Below, piece after piece: positions 10,114 to 20,190 of a DNA stretch of 64,000 nucleotides. Under the pieces are notes generated by a model. It ran no database searches. It had not been told where the DNA came from and worked only from the letters and a program-made list of their open reading frames with translations. The position numbers were made by a program, and so were the translations under genes. The stretch spans positions 352,001 to 416,000 of the forward strand of contig CAWCTR010000014.1 in assembly GCA_963798485.1 (NCBI GenBank), written 5' to 3'. Position 1 is the stretch's first letter; each line of letters opens with the position of its first letter. The DNA comes from an uncultured delta proteobacterium (lineage in GTDB: Bacteria; Desulfobacterota; Desulfomonilia; UBA1062).

Positions 10114-12159
10114 TTGATGCTATTGGCTCGTGTAAAAGGTTCAGCACAAAGAAAAATGGCTGTTGCAAAATCAAAGCAGGCTGTTTCAGGTGATGTCTCA
10201 GATTACAGGCTGAAATTCCTTAGAAAACATTCTGTTACCATTATCTGCGTGTTCTTAACTGTTGCCCTTTGCTCTGTATATTTGCAGGTTAAAGACTACC
10301 AGTTCATAAACCTTGATGATGGCAAATATATTACAGAGAACAGGCATGTTCTTTCCGGATTGAACCTGGAAAATATCAAATGGGCATTCATCAGTGTATA
10401 CGCAGGCAACTGGCATCCTCTCACATGGATATCACATATGATGGATATGGATATATTTGGGATGAAGCCAGGTATGCATCACCTTACTAACGTATTATTC
10501 CATGTGTTGAACTCTATACTACTCTTCATAGTTCTTAACCAGATGACAGGGACATTATGGAGGAGCGCTGCGGTGGCAGCTCTTTTTGCCCTTCACCCTC
10601 TGCATGTGGAGTCGGTTGCCTGGATCGCAGAACGCAAGGATGTACTAAGTACCTTTTTCTGGATGCTCACCATGCTAGCCTATCACAGATACGTAGTAAG
10701 CCGCACAATTTCGAAATATCTCTTCATGATCCTGTTCTTTAGCCTGGGACTTATGGCTAAACCCATGCTGGTAACACTCCCCTTTGTACTGCTGTTACTG
10801 GACTTCTGGCCACTGAAAAGAGAAGAGCTTACCCTTACTAATAATGTTCCCCAGAATGCACTCTCGTGGTGGTCGAATATAAAGCCAAGAGGTATTCTCC
10901 GGTTGATTCTGGAAAAGGTTCCACTCCTGATTATGGCCTTAGCTGCCAGTGGGGCAACTTTCTATGCACAGTCAGTGGAAGGAGCAGTAAACTCTCTGGA
11001 ACAAATGAACTTTGCATTGAGGGTTCAAAATGCAATCATCTCCTATGTTGCATATCTCTGGAAGATGGTCTGGCCACTCGACCTTTCAGTGTTCTACCCA
11101 TATCCAGAACAATTCAGCATATTGGCGGTTGTTATGTGCCTTTTGTTACTCATTGTTATCACCTTGATTGTTGTGATGTCTGCGAGGAGCTTACCTTACC
11201 TTGTAACTGGCTGGTTCTGGTACCTTGGAACTCTAGTGCCGGTAATAGGGATCATTAAGGTGGGCGCTCAGTCCATGGCTGACCGGTACACATATATACC
11301 ACTAATAGGGATATTTGTCATGATTGCCTGGGGTATACACGAATTGCTCGACAAATGGCAATTCAAGAAGATAGTTCTTGCTACATTAACAGGGTTAGTC
11401 ATTCCAATTCTTATAGTATGTTCCTGGATACAAGTAGGATATTGGAAGAATAGTATTACACTTTTTGAGCATACCACCGAGGTAACAGCAAATAATTCTA
11501 GGGCTCACCTTAATCTAGCAGGGGCCTTAATAGATAAAGGTGATTTTGACAGCGCTATAATACATTGCAATGAAGCTTTAAGGATTAATCCTCATGATTA
11601 TGTAGCGCATGGTACCCTAGCAAAAGCCCTGTTAGATAAAGGTGATCTTGAAAGCGCTATGATACATTGCAATGAAGCTTTAAGGGAAAATTCTAATGAC
11701 GCATATAGTTATAATATTATGGGTTTAATTTTAAAAAGAAAAGGTGATATATCAAAAGCGATCACTAATTATTCTAAGGCTATACAGATAAACCCAACCT
11801 ACGTTGATGCTTACAATAATCTGGGTGTAGCCATGATTGACCAGGGGAAAAATGGAGAGGCGCTCAAACAATTCTCAGAGATACTTGAGATAGCACCAGG
11901 ATATCTTCTTGCATATATTCACATGGGCGTGTGTTTAAATAATCTGGGCAGAGTAAATGAAGCTATTCAATCGTATCAGAAAGCGATCCAGATTAAAGCT
12001 GACTCCTTAGAAGCTCATTACGATCTCGCTATCGCCCTCCTGTCACAAGGGAAAAAAGATGAAGCGATTGATCAATTCAAGTTGGTGTTGAGTATAGACC
12101 CAGGGAATATACAGACCCAGAAAATTTTATCCCTGTTATTATCAAGCAGGAATAAATAA
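10114..12159 (+). CDS. TMTC-like GT-C glycosyltransferase with C-terminal TPRs (copy A)
   Basis: FINLDD, WHPLTW, LFALHPLHVESVAWIAERKD, DRYTY; TPR array. Confidence 0.85.
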   Translation: MMLLARVKGSAQRKMAVAKSKQAVSGDVSDYRLKFLRKHSVTIICVFLTVALCSVYLQVKDYQFINLDDGKYITENRHVLSGLNLENIKWAFISVYAGNWHPLTWISHMMDMDIFGMKPGMHHLTNVLFHVLNSILLFIVLNQMTGTLWRSAAVAALFALHPLHVESVAWIAERKDVLSTFFWMLTMLAYHRYVVSRTISKYLFMILFFSLGLMAKPMLVTLPFVLLLLDFWPLKREELTLTNNVPQNALSWWSNIKPRGILRLILEKVPLLIMALAASGATFYAQSVEGAVNSLEQMNFALRVQNAIISYVAYLWKMVWPLDLSVFYPYPEQFSILAVVMCLLLLIVITLIVVMSARSLPYLVTGWFWYLGTLVPVIGIIKVGAQSMADRYTYIPLIGIFVMIAWGIHELLDKWQFKKIVLATLTGLVIPILIVCSWIQVGYWKNSITLFEHTTEVTANNSRAHLNLAGALIDKGDFDSAIIHCNEALRINPHDYVAHGTLAKALLDKGDLESAMIHCNEALRENSNDAYSYNIMGLILKRKGDISKAITNYSKAIQINPTYVDAYNNLGVAMIDQGKNGEALKQFSEILEIAPGYLLAYIHMGVCLNNLGRVNEAIQSYQKAIQIKADSLEAHYDLAIALLSQGKKDEAIDQFKLVLSIDPGNIQTQKILSLLLSSRNK

Positions 12160-12328
12160 ATCTAAAACCAAGATCTCCCAATTATGAACCTATTATCAAT
12201 TTATGTTCAACCCATTTATGAACAACTTTGCTAAAATTCCCGATGCTTGCTATTGTATCAAAGTATATCTTGGTTAACTGGGATTGTGTATGAATTATAT
12301 GTAAGAATAGATAATATACTTATAGGAG

Positions 12329-14389
12329 TTGATGCTATTGGCTCATGTAAAAGGTTCAGCACAAAGAAAAATGGCTGTTGCAAAATCAAAGCAGGCTGTT
12401 TCAGGTGATGTCTCAGATTACAGGCTGAAATTCCTTAGAAAACATTCTGTTACCATTATCTGCGTGCTCTTAACTGTTGCCCTTTGCTCTGTATATTTGC
12501 AGGTTAAAGACCACCAGTTCATAAACTTTGATGATTTCCGATATGTTACGGAGAATAGCCATGTTCTTTCCGGATTGAACCTGGAAAATATCAAATGGGC
12601 TTTCAGTTTTTCTAATCAGGAAGTCTACTATTGGCATCCCCTTACATGGATCTCGCATATGGCTGATATTCAACTATGGGGAGTTAACTCAGGCAAACAT
12701 CATCTTTCCAATCTTTTCATCCACATTATCAATACATTAATTTTGTTTTTTACATTGAGGAAAATGACGGGGGATCTCTGGAAAAGTGCCTTTGTCGCTG
12801 CGCTCTTTGCTCTTCATCCTATCAATGTAGATACTGTTGCATGGGTTGCAGAGAGAAAAAATCTATTGAGCACATCCTTCTGGTTTCTTGTTATGCTTAC
12901 TTACTGTCTCTATGTAAAGCGGCCTTCACTTTTCCGGTACATGTTTGTAGCTATCAGTTTCATCATGGGTCTTCTTGCCAAACCCATGCTTGTCACATTA
13001 CCCTTTGTATTGCTTTTATTAGACTATTGGCCACTCAAACGTATTTCAATTCCTACAGGGTATTCAGAAGGATCTACTTGTGTTCATGATTATCCCTTGC
13101 AAAAGCTTATTAACATATTAAAATCAAGAGTATTTTATGAAAAAATTCCTTTAATCCTCATCGCCTTCATATCAATCCATATTTCTACGTTGTCGCTAAA
13201 AATAGATAGAAATATCATCTCAACTAAACAAGTCCCAATGGATCTCAGGATTAGTAATGCTTTGGTCTCATATATTAAATATATCCAAAAAATTGTTTGG
13301 CCACATGACCTGGCTATATATTATCCTTTTCCTGCAAGCATCCCAACCTGGCAAATCGCAGGTTCGGTTATCATAATAGTATCCATCAGTGTAGCTGTTC
13401 TAAGAGCTTACAGAAGTCATCCTTTTCTTTTTGTGGGTTGGTCATGGTATCTCGGTACCCTTGTTCCGGTAAGTGGATTATATCAAGCAGGGCTATGGCC
13501 TGCTATGGCTGACCGATGGGCCTATATACCTTCGATAGGGATATTCATCATTATTGCCTGGGGTCTACCTGAATTGCTCGATAAATGGCAATTCAAGAAG
13601 ATAGCTCTTGCTACCCTAACAGGGATAGTCATTCCAATTCTTATAGTGTGTTCATGGATGCAAGTAGGCTATTGGAAGAATACTATTACACTCTTTGAGC
13701 ATGCCACCAAAGTAACAGAAAATAATGCTTTGGCTAACACTGATCTAGGAGCGGCCTTAATGGATAAAGGTGATCTTGACAGCGCTATAATACATTTCAA
13801 TGAAGCATTAAGGATAAAGCCTCATGATTATCTAGCACGTATTGACCTAGCAAAAGCCCTGTTAGATAAAGGTGATCTTGACAGCGCTATGATACATTGC
13901 AATGAAGCAATAAAGGATAATCCAAATTACGCATATAATTATAATGTTATGGGTCTAATTTTAAAAAGAAAAGGTGAGATGTTAAAAGCAGTCTACTATT
14001 ATTCTAAGGCTATACAATTAGAATCTAATTATTTTAATGCGTACAATAATCTTGGTGTTGCTTATGTAGATCTGCATAGATTTAATGATGCAATCAGACA
14101 GTTCTCCAAGGTCATCGAACTAGATCCTAAAAATGATGTTGCATTTGTACACTTGGGGGTTTGTTTAATTTATCAGGGCAGACTAAATGAAGCCATACAG
14201 CAATTTCACAAAGCACTTCAAATTAATCCCAATTCCTTAGAAGCACACTATAATCTCGGAATTGCTCTCATGTCACAAGGGAAGAAAGATGAAGCGATTG
14301 ATCAATTTAAGTTGGTATTGATTATAGACCCAGGGAATATACAGGCCCAGAAGATTTTATCCATGTTATTGTCAAGCAGGAATAAATAA
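12329..14389 (+). CDS. TMTC-like GT-C glycosyltransferase with C-terminal TPRs (copy B)
   Basis: FINFDD, WHPLTW, LFALHPINVDTVAWVAERKN, DRWAY; TPR array. Confidence 0.85.
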   Translation: MMLLAHVKGSAQRKMAVAKSKQAVSGDVSDYRLKFLRKHSVTIICVLLTVALCSVYLQVKDHQFINFDDFRYVTENSHVLSGLNLENIKWAFSFSNQEVYYWHPLTWISHMADIQLWGVNSGKHHLSNLFIHIINTLILFFTLRKMTGDLWKSAFVAALFALHPINVDTVAWVAERKNLLSTSFWFLVMLTYCLYVKRPSLFRYMFVAISFIMGLLAKPMLVTLPFVLLLLDYWPLKRISIPTGYSEGSTCVHDYPLQKLINILKSRVFYEKIPLILIAFISIHISTLSLKIDRNIISTKQVPMDLRISNALVSYIKYIQKIVWPHDLAIYYPFPASIPTWQIAGSVIIIVSISVAVLRAYRSHPFLFVGWSWYLGTLVPVSGLYQAGLWPAMADRWAYIPSIGIFIIIAWGLPELLDKWQFKKIALATLTGIVIPILIVCSWMQVGYWKNTITLFEHATKVTENNALANTDLGAALMDKGDLDSAIIHFNEALRIKPHDYLARIDLAKALLDKGDLDSAMIHCNEAIKDNPNYAYNYNVMGLILKRKGEMLKAVYYYSKAIQLESNYFNAYNNLGVAYVDLHRFNDAIRQFSKVIELDPKNDVAFVHLGVCLIYQGRLNEAIQQFHKALQINPNSLEAHYNLGIALMSQGKKDEAIDQFKLVLIIDPGNIQAQKILSMLLSSRNK

Positions 14390-15182
14390 GTCTAAAACCA
14401 AGATCTACCAATTATGAAACAATCCTTAATTTTTGAGCTCATTTCGTATACTTATAGTAGCCCAAAACCTATTAAAAATACCTTATAAAAAGTGAAGCTT
14501 TCGTGTCAAGTGCAACGCTCTGGTATGAAGTGATAAGCTTCGTTTGTTTCAAACCAAGATCATCGGTTTTAGGGCATTTCGAAGGCGCCAATTTATTGCA
14601 GAGATCAACGTAAATTAATATTGACACAGGTTACTATATATAGTATGGACCTTTCAGATATGCACTAAATGTGACTTACAAAACAATAAGATCAGATTAA
14701 AAATGAGTGAGCAAATAAAAAGAGCTAAATAAATTGATGAATGCCAACAGGCAAAAAATAATATAAAAGCTCGCTAATAATAAGCTCACAAACAAAACTT
14801 CACTGATCGCCAAATAATTCAATAACTCAATTCAAAAAGCATATCCCATAACTTAAAGACGGCCCACGTCTTTGCTAGGCACAATTCCTAGCCTCTAAAA
14901 TACCTGAGAGTGCTTTAAGGCATTAGAGAAGTTACAACTTCCCTTCAGTGTGTCTAAGGCCCTCTCTGATCAAAAGGATAGGGATATGACACTTAAATTA
15001 CTTTTCCAGAATACTGAACAGCCCTTGAATGAAGATGAAGGGGTGCACAGCCCTGAGCGAAGCCCGGGGCAAGTAGGGGAGTCCGAGAATGGGCCCGTAA
15101 GGAGCTCGTCGGAGGACTTCCCTACTTGCCCCTCCACCCCCGAGCGAAAAGCGACCCAGTGGGGGGAGCGTATGAGCGAGAG

Positions 15183-15210
15183 GGGGGGGCAAATGACTAA
15201 CAGCCCCCCC
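15183..15210 (+). other. Putative nick-site (dso/oriT) hairpin GGGGGGGC-AAATGACTAACA-GCCCCCCC
   Basis: 8-bp GC stem with CTAA in the loop, at the 5' end of rep, as in pT181/MOBT origins. Confidence 0.7.
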
Positions 15211-15820
15211 GATAACGTGAAAATAGAAGATTATAAAATCCTGTCTTCAGGTATTGATACTCTTTATTTAGCAATCTATGTTGATTGGTTAATCAATATA
15301 TTCGATTACTTAGATCAATTAAAAGAGAAGGCAAAGAATTCCGACCATGAAGTAGAAGGAATATTCAAACTAGAAGACGGTTCAAAGGAATGGAAATTCA
15401 ATATCAAGCCCTTTGGAAGCAAAGGTTACTCATGGATCTTAACTTCAAATGATTATGCTCTTAAAATAGGTGACTGGTCAGAGGTACGTTCAAGACCTAG
15501 CATAATGGTCGAGATAAGGTCAGAGACACTTTTAAGAATGGGTCCTGAAAATGCTGTTCTTTGGATATTAGAGCTCATTTCAGGAATCGGAACAAAAATA
15601 ATATCCGTCAAACCAAGCCGTGTTGATTTCTATGTGGACATGCTTGTCCCAGCAGAAATGTTTTCAGATGAAATAATGGATTATGCAGTCACCAAGGCAA
15701 GAGAATATGACATCCATAAAAAAAGTTGCACATTCACGGGGGTTACCATAGGCAGGGGTAAGATTATTGCCAGAATTTATGATAAGGGTCTTGAAGTACT
15801 AACCAAATCTAAAAAATTAT

Positions 15821-17131
15821 GGTTCATCCCACTAAAGCGTACCTGGACTCATGCAGGGCATAGATTTTGAGTTTGAAGAATTCCCTATCTCTGAACCCAT
15901 AAGCCTGTTTTTGAAGGGTCTTAATCTTGTTATTTGTGCCCTCCAAGGGACCTGTAGATATGGGGTAATCATAATAAGCGAGGATCCCTCGACGATGCAT
16001 TTGAAGCATTCCTGCGAAACGCACAAGCATCCTGATTCCTGATGAGAAAGCCTTTTCAGTCCAGTCATCGAGGCAACTGGCAGCTTCTTCCTTACTTGGT
16101 TGTTTCCAGATCAACCGGAGATACTCCTTCATGTAGTAGGCCAGGGCGAGGGGCTCGTTGAGTTTCAGGGCTTCTTCCAGGTGCTCCTTTTCTTTGCGTC
16201 TGGAGTCCAGGCGTTCAGAATTCTTCAGCAGGAGCCATCGGGTGCCTCTGAGAACCTTCTTCTGAAGAGGCCCCGTTGCTTCATTATACAGATCTCTTCT
16301 CAAATCAGACAGCTTCTCGTTATACATCTTGATGACATGGAAATGATCAAACACGATCTCAGCATCCGGATGATTCTCAAGCACCGCTGCTATGTATGAT
16401 GGAGACATGTCAATCGCTATGGCTTTAAGTTTCACCTTGTGCCTCTTTATCCTATTCCAGAATGGATCCAGTGCATCTGCTCCTCGTCCATCACCCACAT
16501 GCACAACTGCACCAGTCTTCAGATCAAGTACCACCGTGAGGTACTTATGATGCTTCCCAATCGAGATCTCATCAATGGCTATGAGATCAAGCTTCCTGAT
16601 ATCAGGGCGACGAAACCGCCTCTCAAGATTGCGCTTCTGGATATCCTTCACCAGGCCCCAGCTCACCCCGAGATGTCTGGCAACATCCAGCATGGTCATG
16701 TATCGCGACAACTCCAGAACATACCGCTCGAATGCCCTGGTATACGTCCTCCGTTCATCTGCAAATCCAATGCTTACCTGCCTGAGCGCACCGCATTCCT
16801 CGCATTCCACCCGCTGTACAGGCAGTTCAATCACCACAGGCTTCCGCCCTATTGGCACACACCGGAAACTCCTCAGAAGAGATCCTTTCTTCGTCACTCG
16901 ATCAGAATAACAACAAGGACACATCATCTTACGCCGCTCCTGGCTCAATCTGAACACTATCTTGCCACCAGAATATTCCGTGTGTACATGCTGATACCCA
17001 ATGATTCCAAATCCGTGATACAATACACTCGTGGACATGCCATAACCCCTTCCTGTTTTCTTTCGTCAGATTCAGAAAGGCAGGTATGTCCACTCCTTTC
17101 AACTTAAAAGTACGCTTCCGTGTGAAGAACC
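15821..17131 (-). mobile_element. ISL3-family IS, copy 1
   Basis: Imperfect IRs GGTTCATCCCACTAAAGCGTAC / GGTTCTTCACACGGAAGCGTAC; flanked by AAAATTAT. Confidence 0.95.
15824..17038 (-). CDS. ISL3 transposase
   Basis: CPCC...CEEC zinc finger, IAIDE, DMS, FDHFHV, EGTNNKIK. Confidence 0.95.
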   Translation of the reverse strand: MSTSVLYHGFGIIGYQHVHTEYSGGKIVFRLSQERRKMMCPCCYSDRVTKKGSLLRSFRCVPIGRKPVVIELPVQRVECEECGALRQVSIGFADERRTYTRAFERYVLELSRYMTMLDVARHLGVSWGLVKDIQKRNLERRFRRPDIRKLDLIAIDEISIGKHHKYLTVVLDLKTGAVVHVGDGRGADALDPFWNRIKRHKVKLKAIAIDMSPSYIAAVLENHPDAEIVFDHFHVIKMYNEKLSDLRRDLYNEATGPLQKKVLRGTRWLLLKNSERLDSRRKEKEHLEEALKLNEPLALAYYMKEYLRLIWKQPSKEEAASCLDDWTEKAFSSGIRMLVRFAGMLQMHRRGILAYYDYPISTGPLEGTNNKIKTLQKQAYGFRDREFFKLKIYALHESRYALVG

Positions 17132-17139
17132 AAAATTAT

Positions 17140-18450
17140 GGTTCATCCCACTAAAGCGTACCTGGACTCATGCAGGGCATAGATTTTGAGTTTGAAGAAT
17201 TCCCTATCTCTGAACCCATAAGCCTGTTTTTGAAGGGTCTTAATCTTGTTATTTGTGCCCTCCAAGGGACCTGTAGATATGGGGTAATCATAATAAGCGA
17301 GGATCCCTCGACGATGCATTTGAAGCATTCCTGCGAAACGCACAAGCATCCTGATTCCTGATGAGAAAGCCTTTTCAGTCCAGTCATCGAGGCAACTGGC
17401 AGCTTCTTCCTTACTTGGTTGTTTCCAGATCAACCGGAGATACTCCTTCATGTAGTAGGCCAGGGCGAGGGGCTCGTTGAGTTTCAGGGCTTCTTCCAGG
17501 TGCTCCTTTTCTTTGCGTCTGGAGTCCAGGCGTTCAGAATTCTTCAGCAGGAGCCATCGGGTGCCTCTGAGAACCTTCTTCTGAAGAGGCCCCGTTGCTT
17601 CATTATACAGATCTCTTCTCAAATCAGACAGCTTCTCGTTATACATCTTGATGACATGGAAATGATCAAACACGATCTCAGCATCCGGATGATTCTCAAG
17701 CACCGCTGCTATGTATGATGGAGACATGTCAATCGCTATGGCTTTAAGTTTCACCTTGTGCCTCTTTATCCTATTCCAGAATGGATCCAGTGCATCTGCT
17801 CCTCGTCCATCACCCACATGCACAACTGCACCAGTCTTCAGATCAAGTACCACCGTGAGGTACTTATGATGCTTCCCAATCGAGATCTCATCAATGGCTA
17901 TGAGATCAAGCTTCCTGATATCAGGGCGACGAAACCGCCTCTCAAGATTGCGCTTCTGGATATCCTTCACCAGGCCCCAGCTCACCCCGAGATGTCTGGC
18001 AACATCCAGCATGGTCATGTATCGCGACAACTCCAGAACATACCGCTCGAATGCCCTGGTATACGTCCTCCGTTCATCTGCAAATCCAATGCTTACCTGC
18101 CTGAGCGCACCGCATTCCTCGCATTCCACCCGCTGTACAGGCAGTTCAATCACCACAGGCTTCCGCCCTATTGGCACACACCGGAAACTCCTCAGAAGAG
18201 ATCCTTTCTTCGTCACTCGATCAGAATAACAACAAGGACACATCATCTTACGCCGCTCCTGGCTCAATCTGAACACTATCTTGCCACCAGAATATTCCGT
18301 GTGTACATGCTGATACCCAATGATTCCAAATCCGTGATACAATACACTCGTGGACATGCCATAACCCCTTCCTGTTTTCTTTCGTCAGATTCAGAAAGGC
18401 AGGTATGTCCACTCCTTTCAACTTAAAAGTACGCTTCCGTGTGAAGAACC
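17140..18450 (-). mobile_element. ISL3-family IS, copy 2 (tandem, apparently identical)
   Basis: Same IRs and ORF; AAAATTAT at 17132-17139 and 18451-18458. Confidence 0.93.
17143..18357 (-). CDS. ISL3 transposase
   Basis: Protein identical to 15824-17038. Confidence 0.95.
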   Translation of the reverse strand: MSTSVLYHGFGIIGYQHVHTEYSGGKIVFRLSQERRKMMCPCCYSDRVTKKGSLLRSFRCVPIGRKPVVIELPVQRVECEECGALRQVSIGFADERRTYTRAFERYVLELSRYMTMLDVARHLGVSWGLVKDIQKRNLERRFRRPDIRKLDLIAIDEISIGKHHKYLTVVLDLKTGAVVHVGDGRGADALDPFWNRIKRHKVKLKAIAIDMSPSYIAAVLENHPDAEIVFDHFHVIKMYNEKLSDLRRDLYNEATGPLQKKVLRGTRWLLLKNSERLDSRRKEKEHLEEALKLNEPLALAYYMKEYLRLIWKQPSKEEAASCLDDWTEKAFSSGIRMLVRFAGMLQMHRRGILAYYDYPISTGPLEGTNNKIKTLQKQAYGFRDREFFKLKIYALHESRYALVG

Positions 18451-19040
18451 AAAATTATACATGTTTGATATATGGGGGATTGAACAAATTCCCCCTGGCA
18501 TGAAAATAATCAGGATAGAATTTCAACTCAGACGTGAAGCGATCAAATCCCTTCTAATAGATCAAGTAATCGACCTTTTTGAATTCGAAAATAATGTGTG
18601 GGTGTATTTAACTGATTGGCTTAAGTTCCAGGATAGACCGGGAGAACATCATACCCAAAGAACTACCCTTGAGTGGTGGAAGAAGGTTCAGAACGGTTAT
18701 AAGGACTGCCAAGGAGCTAACCCTGCCATACGTACTGAAACTGTTAGAATAGACAAAAGAAGGCTTTCTTTGCAAGCGTTAGGCATTCTCACGTCTCTTC
18801 ACGCAGCGGTATTAGAAGAAAACGGTGCTGAAGAAAATCATAAAGTTGAATTAGTGGAGAGTGTTAGCGTCTACATAAAAGAACTCAGTAGTGTCACCAA
18901 GAGTATGGATGAAATAAACAATAAAATTAAGAGAAAGCGACCTAAGTATCATCGAACGAGGGAAACGAAATGACCTTCTTGTCATCCCTCTCATCCAAGC
19001 GTATTATATTCTCTCAGAATTTAGGGATAAGGGTGGGCAT

Positions 19041-19355
19041 ATGACATGCCTTACCCCTGCCACCGTTTCAGAAATGCTTAACATGTCGATCAGATGGGTT
19101 TATCTTCATGCTTCTGAGCTTGGGGCATCTCGGATTGGTGGAACATGGATATTCACACAGGAGGGCCTTGACAATGCCTTACAAAGAGCGAGGGGGATGG
19201 AGAGGGACAGTCAAGATAAATGGAACCAGGAAGCAAGCGTGGTTCACATCAAAGAGGGAAGCCATAGAATGGGAAAGCGAAACAAGAAAAGAATTGAAAA
19301 GCCAGAAGCCCCGGACCACCACGGGCTTACTCAATTTGTCCGTGGCCTTTCTTAA
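19041..19355 (+). CDS. Excisionase-like HTH protein
   Basis: LTPATVSEMLNMSIRWVY...RIGGTWIF pattern; sits just upstream of the integrase. Confidence 0.65.
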   Translation: MTCLTPATVSEMLNMSIRWVYLHASELGASRIGGTWIFTQEGLDNALQRARGMERDSQDKWNQEASVVHIKEGSHRMGKRNKKRIEKPEAPDHHGLTQFVRGLS

Positions 19356-20190
19356 CTACATGGAACGATATTCTAAATCCACCTACTCTCATAAAAAAAC
19401 ATTATGCAAAAGACTCCTGGCTGCATGGGGAGACATAGACATCCTTGCCATTACGCCTAAGATGTGCCTGACCTATCTTGATTCTCGAACCGTGGTATCA
19501 GGCAATGCAGCCAACGAAGACCTTCATGATTTGAAGTCGATGTTCTCACATTTTCGAAAGTTCCACGGTATAAACCACAACCCCCTGCTCTATATTGAGC
19601 CATACGCTCACAATGTCACCCCACCCTACGTTCCGCCGAGAGAAGACCTGTTAAAGCTATTACTCGTAACTACAGGGCAAGACAGAGTAATGCTTGATGT
19701 CTTTAGGTTCACTGCTGCTCGGAGATCGGAAGTGCTACGGCTGACATGGGATGATATTCTTTTTGATCAGAGAAGCATAAGGCTAAAGACTCAGAAAAAC
19801 CGAAAGAGCCAGTGGAAAGCCTACTATGTGCCGATAAGTGAGGCCTTGTATCAATCACTGCAATGGCAATGGAAGAACCGGGACAAAGACAGCCCATATG
19901 TATTCACTCACGATGGAAAGCCTTATTCTCGCCGTGAGGATTGGTTACCTAAACTATGTGAGAAAACCAAAATCAAACCCTTCGGCTTTCATTCGTTCAG
20001 GAGAGCATTTGCAACCGGAATCATGAACACCGGCAAGGCATCGCTGAAGGATGTTTCCTTGCTCCTTGGTCATTCCTCAGTGAGGAACACAGAGCTTTAT
20101 CTTAGATCAATCAATCCGAATCTTCCTGGCTTGGTGGAGCTACTGAACGAAGAGGCAATTTACCCCAAGGACTTACCCCAAGAATTATAA
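19174..20190 (+). CDS. Tyrosine recombinase/integrase
   Basis: TAARRSE, HSFRR, LGHS, TELY catalytic motifs; AGGAGG SD before ATG 19174. Confidence 0.93.
   Translation: MPYKERGGWRGTVKINGTRKQAWFTSKREAIEWESETRKELKSQKPRTTTGLLNLSVAFLNYMERYSKSTYSHKKTLCKRLLAAWGDIDILAITPKMCLTYLDSRTVVSGNAANEDLHDLKSMFSHFRKFHGINHNPLLYIEPYAHNVTPPYVPPREDLLKLLLVTTGQDRVMLDVFRFTAARRSEVLRLTWDDILFDQRSIRLKTQKNRKSQWKAYYVPISEALYQSLQWQWKNRDKDSPYVFTHDGKPYSRREDWLPKLCEKTKIKPFGFHSFRRAFATGIMNTGKASLKDVSLLLGHSSVRNTELYLRSINPNLPGLVELLNEEAIYPKDLPQEL

Larger units (their letters stand above)
14986..18973 (+). pseudogene. Rep_trans-family rolling-circle initiator/MOBT-like relaxase, interrupted by two ISL3 copies
   Basis: SGIDTL, SRVDFYVD and RIYDK upstream of the IS; RIEFQLR downstream; removing the IS restores the frame (KSKKL-YMFDIW); start uncertain. 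Confidence 0.8.

Noticed and set aside
12205-12279. Integron attC-like GTTCAAC...GTTAACT between the GT-C genes
   Set aside because: R and L boxes are not complementary, there is no equivalent site after the other cargo genes, and the integrase shows no IntI-type insertion
14628-14651. TACTATATATAGTA palindrome as an SOS box
   Set aside because: Does not match CTGT-N8-ACAG or another LexA box I can support; may be a generic operator or AT-rich chance
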